A stretch of DNA of 63,499 nt, filler included, from Octopus bimaculoides (lineage: Eukaryota), in the NCBI RefSeq assembly GCF_001194135.2. It is 5 parts of 4 records of this genome, joined end to end, with 100 filler letters (N's around TTAATTAATTAA, not from the genome) between each part and the next. Parts side by side here need not be neighbours in the genome. Positions count along the whole stretch, not along the records: positions 30,751 to 44,501 come from NW_026377290.1; positions 44,602 to 55,451 come from NC_069003.1; 3 more parts are not named here. One strand, 5' to 3'. This document shows, piece after piece, positions 38,728 to 49,862 of the stretch. Numbering within the stretch: the stretch's first letter is position 1; every line of letters begins with the position of its first letter. The notes below the pieces were generated by a model that saw only the letters and a program-made list of their open reading frames with translations, was not told the DNA's origin and did no database searches. A program made the position numbers and the translations under genes.

Positions 38728-38795
38728 CATTATAGTACTCGGTGTTTCGAATTTTGGAGCGAAGGACAACGATACATTCTCGTCGGCTATTAATG
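38728..38795 (-). ncRNA. Type I hammerhead-like motif with U4C variant
   Basis: CATT(A)ATAG-CCGACGA-GAAT..ATTC-GAAAC-ACCGA-GTA-CTATAATG; all three stems can pair. Confidence 0.55.
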
Positions 38796-39229
38796 GCAAC
38801 AAACACTATGAAACACTGTTGAATAAAAGGGCAGTTATCTAATAGGTAGAAAAATAAAAAGAAAAAAAGGTAAAAATTACATGCAATCATTTTCTCACAA
38901 TGCATAGACATTAGCCTCCTGCGTTCACGACGTCTACATACGTACACACTCACAGAAACGTACATGCACATACACACCCACAAACATATATGTATGTACA
39001 TACACACATATCCACACACACACACACATGCACACATGTGTATATGTGTGTGTGTGTGACCGTGCTTACATGCATACACGCAACATAATTCACATATTTT
39101 AACATATATACGTATTGATATCAAGAGTCTATATACGGTGATCCCACACAGCGAAGGACTTCTTGCACTCAAACACTTCCTAGACATTCGACCCAGCCCC
39201 CCAATCTGACACCTCAACACTTCTTCGCC

Positions 39230-40436
39230 TGGCCGAACTTGTTCTTTCCCTCAACTGATTCTCGTTCGAGGGGGATTTTTACCAGTAGAACTCGGGAGTG
39301 GCCATGGGAACGAGAATGGGTCCCAACTATGCGAACCAGCGCGTCGGCTACATTGAGGCCCAAATATTCTCACGATTCACTGGTCTCTCTCCCGAACTAT
39401 ACGGTCGTTTTATTGATGATTGTATCGGTGCGACATCACTCTCCCGCGAAAAACTAAACTGCATCCTCACTTTTGCCCAATCCTGCCATCCTACCCTTGA
39501 ATTCTCCTGTACTATTTCCAACACTTCCGTCGAATTTCTCAACATTTAGGTCAACATACACCAGTCCGCTCTCACTACCTCCATCCACTACAAACACATC
39601 GACTCACACTCGTATCTTAAATTCTCCTCCTCTGACCCTACCCACACTAAGCTCTCCATCTCCTACTCCCAATTCCTCTGTCTGCACAGGCTCTGCAGTC
39701 ACAACCGTGACTTTGATATTCAGTCTCAAGTCATAGCTTGCCACTTCATCCTTCGTGTATATCTCCTCACCATTTTCCACACAGCCCTTACAAGAGCACG
39801 TCCTGTGGACAGTGCCTCTGCTCTCTCTCCCCGCACCCGCCTCAGCGTTACCGTATCCCCTTTCCCGTCACCTGCCACCCCTCTACCCTGCCCCTCCAAT
39901 GCACCATTCTCCTTGCATTCCGGCGACTCCAGTCTGACCCCTCCACCTCACACATCTCCCCCAACCTACCCCTTCCTTCCTTCAAACGAGCCCACAACTT
40001 ACATAACATCCTGGTCTACAGTTTCTTCCCTATCTCCATCTCCCAGCCTGGCTCGTTCCCCTGCTCCCGCCCACGCTGCCACACTTACGCCTACCTTTCC
40101 AACATCACCATCCTCAGAGACACCCATCATCGTCACGACTCCTTCACCTGCACTCCTAGCAACGTCATTTACTGCATTCCCTGCTCTTTCTGTACATTGG
40201 TCAAACGGGACGGCGCTTGGCTGACCGGTTCGTGGAGCGACATCAGACTCGGCAATTACATCCCGGTCTCACGCCATTTCCGCTCTACCAGTCATTCACT
40301 ACAACACCTGTCTGTTTTCGGATTGTATTTGCACAAGGGCCATCCGGATTCCCGCCTTCACCGTGAAGGGGAATATACATTCTGTCTTTGCTCCTTTGCA
40401 CCACATGGGCTCAGCTCCCCTCCTCTCTTCATTTGA
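39230..40436 (+). pseudogene. Penelope-like element: RT C-terminal half, Cys linker, GIY-YIG endonuclease (decayed)
   Basis: GVAMGTRMGPNYAN, YGRFIDDC, CSRPRCHT, FTCTPSNVIYCIPC, PVSRHF. Confidence 0.9.
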
Positions 40437-40945
40437 TTCCTTTACTCTCCTCTCTTCATCTGACGCTTACTCTATTCACTCCTACCTATTTTCTCTCTTC
40501 ATTGGTATCACAACCACACTTTCCTCCGTAAAATCACATCCCCACCCTACATCCTATCCCCACATCCCCGCACCCCCACACCGCACCATCCCACACCTCA
40601 CACTACCAAACCATATCATACCACCCAACAATACTCCCCACACACTAGCACTGACCAATTCCCAGCACCCACACCACACACCATCAGTCGCACACCCACA
40701 CACCATCATTCACACCCCCACACGTTGCGCACGCACACATTTACACACTCACACATCCACACACGTCAAAGTTACTAGCCCCTATCCATACACACTCACA
40801 CACAAACACACACACATACGCACGCACACCTTCGTTTTGAGATCCCCAATACTTTATTATCTTCCCTTCTTTCAACCTATCCTGTCAAACCTTTTACCAA
40901 CCAGTCGCCATGCTTGACCGCTAAATTCGCAAGTTTCTCTTTCTT

Positions 40946-41337
40946 TTTACTCTTTTACTCTTTTATTTGTTTCAGTCATTTGACTGCGGCCATGCAGGAG
41001 CACCGCATTTAGTCGAGCAAATCGACCTCAGAGCTAATTCTTTGTAAGCCTAGTACTTATTCTATCGGGCTCTTTTGCCGAACTGCTAAGTTACGAGGAC
41101 GTAAACACACCAGCATCGGTTGTCAACAGACACACAAATATATACACACATACATATACACATATATACATATACGACGGGCTTCTTCCAGTTTCTGTCT
41201 ACCAAATCCACTCACAAGGCTTTGGTCAGCCCGATGCTATAGTAGAAGACACTTGCCCAAGTTGCCACGCATTGGGATTGAACCCGGGACCATGTGGTTG
41301 GTAAGAAAGCTACTTACCACACAGCCACTCCTGCGCT
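40946..41337 (-). mobile_element. SINE family D, full length
   Basis: Collinear with 29960 copy; internal microsatellite about 41127-41175. Confidence 0.93.
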
Positions 41338-41350
41338 TATTATTTTGTGT

Positions 41351-41497
41351 CTACTTTCTCTTATTCCTTTCTGTTGAAGAGCGTAGGCTCGAAACTTAAA
41401 AGTCTTTCTCACTTTCCCGAGCGTCAAACTAATACACCTGCTTGTTGTTCATACACCAGGTTTTGTCTTTTGTTTTTTCTGTAAATTCCAACTATAT
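41351..41497 (+). mobile_element. Interspersed repeat, probable Penelope-like terminal region
   Basis: Homologous to 27026-27205. Confidence 0.55.
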
Positions 41498-42087
41498 ATG
41501 TATGGGGGCAGCTGATGAAGGAGATGTTCTCTATGTGGCCTGTGTGTTTTCTGTACTCGTTTATCATTTTGTCTACGCTTTGCTTGCAATGTCCTGTACC
41601 CAGATATGCATCTATATATACAGGTAGATGTAAGTATGTACATACATGTACGTATATATCCACATACTCTTTTTTCCACCTTGTTGCACATTTCATGCGC
41701 TTACTCCAGTATATATATCTATATATATATATATATATATATATGCAAACACACACACATACACACACACACACANNNNNNNNNNTGTACTTCTTTGTAA
41801 AAAACATTTTCATTCTCCCTCTTCTTGAAAATTTGCTTCGCAATGAAAGCCGGTTAGAGAAATCTTTATTAAAATATGCTTCTAGTTTCGCATTCTGCCT
41901 TATTATTATTCTTCATTTTCCTATTATTTCTCCACGTGCGGTTAACACAACCCCACTATTTACTGACTTATATATATATATATATAGATTTAATCAAAAG
42001 ATTAAATGTGGTACTTAAAATGTTTGTGGCACCAAAATTTGGTAGGGTAAAAACCAAAAACAAAATCAAGAGATTTGGTGGATTAAA

Positions 42088-43100
42088 TTTGAAGAAAAGC
42101 AAAAAAAAAATGTATTAGGTTGTAGCAGTACGTACGTTTCGTACAAACTTCATTTATTTATGTAGTGAGAACACCACATAAGATGTGCAATGAAAATGTA
42201 CTCCTCAGCTGCATAATGGAAGCTCATTTCAGAAAGTCATTTTGTAAATGTGTGCAAATACAAGAGTAGGCGATGAAGAGAATACCATCTTGACTGGGCT
42301 GTTAATCAACATTCCAGTGAACCAAACAGGAATTTAATTTCTATATATTCTATTTGTTCTTTCTAGAAGGAGGGATAAGATAGCAGTAATTTCAATTTAG
42401 AGGAAGGTAGGTTAGGTAGTAAGGGAAGGCAGGTTAGGGGTGAATCAAGCAAGAGAAAAAAGAGAGAAGAAAGGAAAATAAACAATAACAAAAAATATAG
42501 AAATAGAAATAAAAATGGAAGGACAATACCCTAAGGAGTGGCGAGAGGAAATTTAAGGTAAGGGAATTTAGGTCAAGATATTGAAGAATTAAAGGAAATT
42601 ACTAAGAATATATCTACAACAATCTAAAATATAAAAAAATTAAAAAATTAAAACCAGAAAACATTTATAGTTAAATTAGAAGACAAGCATTTATAGTTAA
42701 ATTAGAATAAGATATACATTTATGTGGGGTAGTAGAAGAGAGATATTTTTTATAAGAAAACCATAAGAAGAGAAGATATCAATGACCAAAACAAATCAAA
42801 GTAAAAGGGGGGGCGAGAAGAAGGAGAAGGAAAAAAGGGGAGGAATAAAGTTAGAAAATCAGGACTAAACTAAGAGTATTAAAGCTATGGTTTCAAAATT
42901 GATAATTTGGTAGAAGAGAGCTAGAATTAGCTTGAGAAATGTAGGAATATTATCAGTGGGTTGGAAAAGGTTAAAGTATATTCCAAAGTTTTATACTTTA
43001 AAGCTATAACTTAAATAAAGTAATTAATAGTCTGGGAAACGAAATGTATTAAAGGTGCGAGAGTAACAATGTACACATAGAACCCTAAGGTCAGATCTAT
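42088..43100 (-). mobile_element. Penelope-like terminal repeat (pseudo-LTR), inverted relative to adjacent RT
   Basis: 42088-42437 recurs at 63176-63499; carries a hammerhead; abuts a plus-strand PLE RT. Confidence 0.7.
42125..42212 (-). ncRNA. Minimal type I hammerhead ribozyme, intact core
   Basis: GCAG-CTGAGGA-GTAC..GTAC-GAAAC-GTAC-GTA-CTGC: CUGANGA and GAAA boxes, 4-bp stem I, extended stem II, palindromic stem III ACGTACGT, GUA site. Confidence 0.85.
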
Positions 43101-43121
43101 TGTTAATTAGATTAGCATTAG

Positions 43122-44221
43122 CCTGATTCACCACAGGTAACTGATTTAGTAGGTATATATTTATTATCTGAACTTGAACTTGAAAACGTAAAATTGGGGG
43201 GTGGTTTATATAGAGATGACCTTTTATTACTTACTAAAAATTGCACTAATAGAAAACTAGAATTATTTAAAAAGAGAATATATAGTTTTTTTTTAAAGAA
43301 ATAGTTTAAAGATTACTATTTATAACGAGTACTATAATATTAATTATTTGGATGCTAATTTTAACTTATCTACTGGTAATACCCAACCTTACCATAAGAT
43401 TAATGAAAATATTAAATACATTTATGCGAAAACCAATCACCCACCCTCAATTAAAAAATCATTAACATTTACTATAGATAAGAGAATATCTTTACTATCT
43501 TCAAATATAGAGATCTTTGAAAAACATGCACCTTATTACAATAAAGCCCTTCAAGAGGCGGGATATACTAATGATATAAAACTTTTTAATAATCCGAAAT
43601 ATATTTATAATTTTATTAGTAATGATTATAATAGTAATGATCTTTTTAATAAACATAACTTTTATACTCATGATAATGTCTTAGGTAATAATAAGAATAA
43701 TAGGTATTATGATAATAAATTACCTAAACATAAACATAATTTTAATGGAAACAATTTTAAATATAATTTAAATTTTTTTAATGATAATAATAAATTTAAT
43801 AATATTAATAATAAATTCAATAATATCTATAATAAGAACAAACTCTGGCTAATTATTCCATACGGCGTTCAAGTTAAAACTAACATTATTTATGAAATTT
43901 TAAAAGTTATTGATATATTCCTTAGAGTTAATAAAAAATATCATTATATATTTTCTACAAATAATTTTGCTGTAGGTTATTCTACTACTAATAATGTTAC
44001 TAATATTATCTCTTCTTTTAATAGATTTAAGTTAAATAAGTATTATAAATTTAAACTTAATAATTATTCTAATAATAATAATAATGTGGACCAGGATATA
44101 ATCAATTGTACATGTTTAGATGAAACTAAATGTAAATTTAATAATAAATGTAATTTGAAGGATGTAGTGTATAAATGTATAGTGAAGTTATTGAATGGGG
44201 ATAAACATAATGGTTATAATT
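43122..44221 (+). pseudogene. Penelope-like element RT (YRDD type) through start of GIY-YIG
   Basis: PDSPQVTDLVGIYLL, GGLYRDD, TNHPPSIKK, GYSTTNNV, CTC..C..C..DVVYKC; Asn-rich linker; frameshift near 43290. Confidence 0.85.
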
Positions 44222-44501
44222 TAAAATTGGAGGGTGGTTTATATAGGGATGACCTTTTATTACTTACTAAAAATTGCACTAATAGAAAACTAGAATTATA
44301 TAAGAAGAGAATATATAGTTTTTTTTTAATGAAATGGTTTAAAGATTACTATTTATAATGAGTACTATAACGTTAATTATTTAGATTCTAATTTTAACTT
44401 ATCTACTGGTAATACCCAACCTTACCATAAGATTAATGAAAATATTAAATACATTCATGCTAAAAGCAATCACCCACCCTCAATTAAAAAATCCTTAACA
44501 T
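44222..44501 (+). mobile_element. Tandem second copy of the PLE RT segment
   Basis: Near-duplicate of 43189-43470; runs to scaffold end. Confidence 0.9.
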
Positions 44502-44601
44502 NNNNNNNNNNNNNNNNNNNNNNNNNNNNNNNNNNNNNNNNNNNNTTAATTAATTAANNNNNNNNNNNNNNNNNNNNNNNNNNNNNNNNNNNNNNNNNNN
44601 N
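44502..44601. other. Scaffold-joining linker
   Basis: 44 N + TTAATTAATTAA (44546-44557) + 44 N. Confidence 0.95.
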
Positions 44602-44602
44602 G

Positions 44603-44633
<31 letters not shown>

Positions 44634-45234
44634 TTATACATGTATATATTTGTACATATATGCGTATACATACACATATGGACACGACGTGACGCAGAAA
44701 TCCACTATATGTGTGTTTGGTGCCACTTGGCAAAGAATAAACTTTACCAAAGTTGAAGAGGTTAAGAGGTCGCTGATAAGAGTTCAACTGTGTGTCACTA
44801 TCATCGTTTAAAACACATATTTCGGGGACAATGTTGTTATTATAATTCTTCTAGGACGAAAATAGTAATTCCTTTTTCTTTTTTTAATAAGAAAACTTTT
44901 ATTTATATTATGTATTTTTAAATTCAATTTCTCCTTATATATTGTACAATGTTTTTGCCCTTTCTCTTATTCCTATTTCGTTTTTATATCACTATATATA
45001 CATGCTTACAGGGCATGTATATATTGTTCTAAGTATGAACCCTTGTGGCAAATAACTGAAAGTGTTGCTATTATCATTATTATTATTTTACGATTGATTT
45101 TGCATCTTATTTCATCTTCTGACCGGGTTCCAACCAAAGACCTATGATGGAGGGAAACATCCCGAGGTTGTGGGCGGTTAATGTCAACACATTTTTTTTA
45201 GTCTAGGGATCTGGTAAAAAAATTTGTTAAGACC

Positions 45235-45355
45235 TTTACTCTTTCACTCTTTTACTTGTTTCAGTCATTTGACTGCGGCCATGCTAGAGCACCGCCTTTA
45301 GTCGAAGAAATCGACACCAGGACTTATTCTTTGTAAGCCTAGTTCTTATTCTATC
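45235..45355 (-). mobile_element. SINE family D 3' fragment
   Basis: TTTCAGTCATTTGACTGCGGCCATGCT..CTTTGTAAGCCTAG matches 40946 copy. Confidence 0.88.
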
Positions 45356-45682
45356 AAGATAAATAGTTAAAATTTTCTTCAGGTTGAGTATCCCATCCCA
45401 CTCAAACGGTCCCTGAATAAGGGTTGTTTAAGGATGTTGAACGAAACACTCATGTTTTCAGAGGTGAATTATTCAAACCCCAAAGAATTCCTCTCAACAC
45501 GTGGCTATGATGCTCCCCCAATACTTCTGCCCGTGATGAGAGATGCACATATCGTCAGCCACCAAGGAATATGCTCAACCGGTTAAGGTCAAACAACTGA
45601 CAAGCAAATCTGTGGTATTGAGCAGAATATTTGCTGTAGCCCATCATTTTATNNNNNNNNNNTATTATTATTATTATTATTA

Positions 45683-45913
45683 GGCGGCATGCTGGCAGGA
45701 TCGCTAGCAGGATCGCTAGCAGGATCGCTAGCAGGATCGCTAGCACGCCGAACGAAATGCTTAGCGGTATTTCGTCTGCCTCTATGTTTTGAGTTCAAAT
45801 TCCGCTGAGGTCGACTTTACCTTTCATCCTTTCGGGGTCGATAAACATTGGGGTTCATGTAATCGATCTATACCCTCCCCAAAATTTCAGGCCTTGTACC
45901 TTTGGTAGAAGGG
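45683..45913 (+). mobile_element. SINE family A with four-fold 12-bp repeat in the head
   Basis: (GCAGGATCGCTA)x4 at 45695-45742, then normal head, central block and CCCTCCCCAAAATTTC tail. Confidence 0.9.
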
Positions 45914-46230
45914 ATTATTTCTCTAATGATGTCCTGATAAAGGCAATGTTATGAAACACTACTATTATTTTGCATTATATTTTGGCGTTTCACAACGAGG
46001 TCAAAAATGTACGTTATATCCCACAGTTCTTTACAAATGATGCAATAAAATGCTACGCTTAACACAATGAGTCGCATAAGTAATTCACGTTGCCAGTATA
46101 TTTACTGTTTGTTATGCAAATTAGAGAAACCAGTTTAGCTCTGTCCCAGTTTGTCTACACTGTAAAGAGCGATTAATGAATAATCTCCCAGCAGAATGAA
46201 GGTGAATATTATTTCTCTAATGATTAACAC

Positions 46231-46286
46231 GGTGAGCTAGCAGAAACGTTAGCTCGCCGGACGAAATGCTTAGCGGTATTTCGTCT
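46231..46286 (+). mobile_element. SINE family A 5' part, interrupted
   Basis: GGTGAGCTAGCAGAAACGTTAGC..CGGTATTTCGTCT; resumes at 47990. Confidence 0.9.
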
Positions 46287-47989
46287 CTGTGAATTATTGT
46301 GAATTATTGTGAATACTGCTTTGTTACTCTGTGAAAATTGTGTGAATTACTGCAAGTTGTCTCTGTGAACAATTGTGATTTTTTTGGAATTTATTGTTGT
46401 AACGCGAGCCGCTGCATTTTTCTCCCCAGCTGTGGCGAGTGGTAGTGTCTCCAGTATGGAGAGCTACGCCAGGGCCGCTGCGGCGAAGAAGCCAGTGCCG
46501 CTGGAAACCAAGTTAATCGAGTTGGATATGGAGGAGGTGAGCAGAAGCAGGAATTTGATAGAAGTAGAGGGAGACTCATACAAATTGTCCCCCACCCCCG
46601 AAAAAAGAGACCAAAGAAGATAAAATTCTCAGGATAGTTGTGTATCGTACACAGGCTTTCGAGACCAGTAAAACTGAAATGGTGACGGAAGAGGAAATCG
46701 AGGAGTGACTGGGTGAAATTGTGAATGAAGCCACGTACATCAACAGAGGAAGAAAGTTCGGTACGGTGGAGGTGAGGTTTTCCACCAGAGAAGAGGCAAC
46801 CAAACATGCGACCAACATTTTAAGAAACACAAAAATAGCACTACTACCAAGTTATAGAGGAAGAATAAGTGTGAGGATACGAATTCCGAGAGTGCCACCA
46901 GAAATTAAACCAGAGTGGCTGGTTGCAACAGTTCTGGCTGCAACCAAGGAGGATCCGGAATTGGGACCAGTGGCGGAATCAAAAGTGTGCAACTGGTGGG
47001 GATTTGGACTCGAAATGAGGCGTTTTGCCACGTTCGAGGACATAGAAAGAATTCCCTACCAGATAGAAGTGGAGGACGAGAGAACGTTAAATGGCGTAGT
47101 CGAGGAAAGGAAACCAAATTGTTATATATGCGGGGAAAGAGGCCGTATGAAGATCAAATGCCCCCTGTATGAGTTCGTACAGCCACAGCAAAAGAAAGCA
47201 CAAGCAGAGGAGGAAAAAATTGTAGACCACACCGAGGAAATTAAAGAGAGACAGAAATGTGAAACAGAGGCAACAAATGAGAAAAACGAAAATGGAGCTA
47301 CTAACCCTAAAAAGCGAAGGAGAAATAAGTCAAAGGAACGATCAACAGAGAATAAAAAAGAGATAGAAAAGCCAGAAACTAATAATGTACAAGACGAGGA
47401 GGAGAGAACGGATAAAGATGTTAAATACAAGGGGGTTTTGATAAAGTACGAGAATTGCGAGCAGATGGAGAGAAAAATCGCGAAGTTGGAGGAAATAAGA
47501 GTGAAAATGCCGGAAACCTGAGCTGAGAAATGCATGTTGATACAAGAGGAAAACTACTGGGAATACATAAAAGAATTTGATGAGAATGTAAGAACGAAAC
47601 GAGTCCGGTTGGTGGAAACACTACCCCCTAGAATTGATTATTTACAGTTGATTAAGACGGAAGTAACAGTGATTAATGGGAGAAAAATAACACGAATATT
47701 TCAATTTTTGGAGTGGCAAAACTGTTAAAATGTATACATGATGTTTAAATAAAAGTGAAAAACTGGATAAATGTAACCACCCGACTTCGGGGATCGAGTG
47801 GACATTGCGCCTCATTTTATTCATTCTTGCATATTATCATTTTATTCTAATTTTTCTTCTACTATCATCATTCGCTTTTGTAATTTTTAGTTCCCCGAAT
47901 TTACATTTGTTGCGTTTTGTACTGTCTTTGTTTTGTGATGTCCTATAAAAACTCTTTGTATAGCTTTTTTGTGGGGGTAATAAAGAAAT
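46287..47989 (+). mobile_element. ORF1-only (half-L1-like) Tx1-type non-autonomous retrotransposon, 1703 bp
   Basis: 13-bp TSD CGGTATTTCGTCT at 46274-46286 and 47990-48002; ORF1 homolog only; AATAAA near 3' end. Confidence 0.85.
46456..47728 (+). pseudogene. L1/Tx1-type ORF1 protein (RRM-like region plus zinc knuckle), disrupted
   Basis: TVEVRFSTREEA..VPPEI..ERIPYQI..RKPNCYICGERG; frameshift near 46620, in-frame TGA at 47519; homologous to ORF1 at 56300-56690. Confidence 0.85.
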
Positions 47990-48139
47990 CGGTATTTCGT
48001 CTGCTGCTACGCTCTGAGTTCAAATTCCGCCGAGGTCGATTTTACCTTTCGTCTTTTCCGGGGTCGATAAGCACAAGGGTTCATGTAGTCGATCTATACC
48101 CTCCCCCAAATTTCAGGCCTTGTGCCTATAGTAGAAGGG
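47990..48139 (+). mobile_element. SINE family A 3' part
   Basis: Continues 46231-46286 after the TSD. Confidence 0.9.
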
Positions 48140-48330
48140 ATTATTTCTATAATGATGTCCTGTCTTGGTTTGAAACTAGCCAGATTTAACCCAATTTTTT
48201 CACCTTTATTTTAAAATTTATTTATTTTATTTGTTTATCATTATTTAATTATTTTTTTTTTTGCTTAGGGGCCGATGAATACGAAGCTAAACTACATGTT
48301 TATAAGAAATTTATACGCTACATTGTGAAA

Positions 48331-48654
48331 GTGTGTGCCTTGGTGGTTAAGGGCATTCGTTTTACGATCGTAAGGTCGTGAGTTCAATTCCCGGCGATGC
48401 GTTGTGTCCTTGAGCAAGACACTTTATTTCACGTTCCTCCAGTCCAGTCCACTCAGCTGGCAAAGATGAGTAGTACTTGTATTTCAAAGGACCAGTCTTG
48501 TCACATTCTGTATCATGCTGAATCTCCCTGAGAACTACATTAAGGCTACGCACGTCAGCGGAGTACTCATCCACTTGCACGTTAATTTCCGGAGCAGGCT
48601 GTTCCGTCGATCGGATCAACTGGAACGCTCATCGTTGTAACCGACGGAGTGCCA
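48331..48654 (+). mobile_element. SINE family C
   Basis: TGGTGGTTAAGG..GAGTTCAATTCC..GTGTCCTTGAGCAAGACACTT..CCGACGGAGTGCCA. Confidence 0.9.
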
Positions 48655-48973
48655 GCTATATATACATACATTTCATTCCAAATGAACCAAACACTATCTT
48701 CTGTTAGAGATGTTCATACTGAATTAATTGTTGTTGCTCCCTATTTTTTTGTAGTTATTACTATTGTTGTTGCTGCTGTTGCTGCTGCTTAGTCTTCTAG
48801 GTCAGTATCGAAGCAGTTCCAGCCGTGACGTTGCCATCTATTTATATAACAATGATTACATTACCCAATGTGTCTTCACTAGTTCGGATTATCGTTCCAA
48901 AAGCGTAATTTGAATGAGTTTCGCTTACTATTTCTAGCGGGATAAGCGTGTCTCATTGAGGCTTTCCTGAAAA

Positions 48974-49036
<63 letters not shown>

Positions 49037-49044
49037 GCTGTTGC

Positions 49045-49078
<34 letters not shown>

Positions 49079-49079
49079 A
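48974..49079. repeat. (GTC)n(GTT)n microsatellite
   Basis: Directly visible. Confidence 0.95.
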
Positions 49080-49235
49080 TCTCTGTTTCTATTGACAAAT
49101 ACACTAGCGGGAAACCACTTGCTAACTGTTTCTCACCGACAACTATAGAACATACACAAATTGGACAAACATACACACATGTACGAATATGTATGTGTGT
49201 GTGTGTGTGTGTGTGTTGGTGTGTGCGTGTGTGCA

Positions 49236-49267
<32 letters not shown>

Positions 49268-49862
49268 TGTGTGTGTGCATATACAGACAAACAAACATAC
49301 ACATGCAAACACGTAAAGACGTACACTTATGCTCATATACATGCGTGTGTGTGTGTGTGTATATATATATATTTAGATATTTATTTGTATATAAATAGAT
49401 ACATATATGTATGTGAGTGTGTATGTGTGAGTGCGTATGTATGGGAGCGTGTATGCGATCGTGTGTGTGCGTGCATATATACGTACATACATTTATATAC
49501 ACGCACATACATACATATACATACATACACACACACACACAAACACACACACACTCCCACATTTACACACACATATGCATATCGAGTATATCTGTGAATT
49601 CACATCCACACGCATACACACGCGCGCTTAAACCAACAACCCTCAACCATTATTACATAGCAGCGGTCCAGACATGCCACATCCTGCCTCTGTTATGATT
49701 TGTCATCACTTTGCCGCCGAAGGTGATGACAGTATGTCACGATTGAGAACTCTCTTCTTTTTTTCACCGTCGCTTTATATGAACTAATGATACAACCCTT
49801 CTTCGGGTTCGCCACCCGACCTACTAGAAATAGCGGTGAAATCTACCCTGATTTATAGCCTA

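Noticed and set aside
41512-41518. CTGATGA as a hammerhead
   Set aside because: No GAAA box or stem II partner downstream.
43348-44358. 336-aa Asn-rich ORF as a host gene or parasite contaminant
   Set aside because: Carries PLE RT and GIY-YIG motifs, and its C-terminus is a tandem restart of the same element.
45360-45645. Probable additional interspersed repeat
   Set aside because: Only one copy in the window and no diagnostic motif, so it cannot be supported from the sequence alone.
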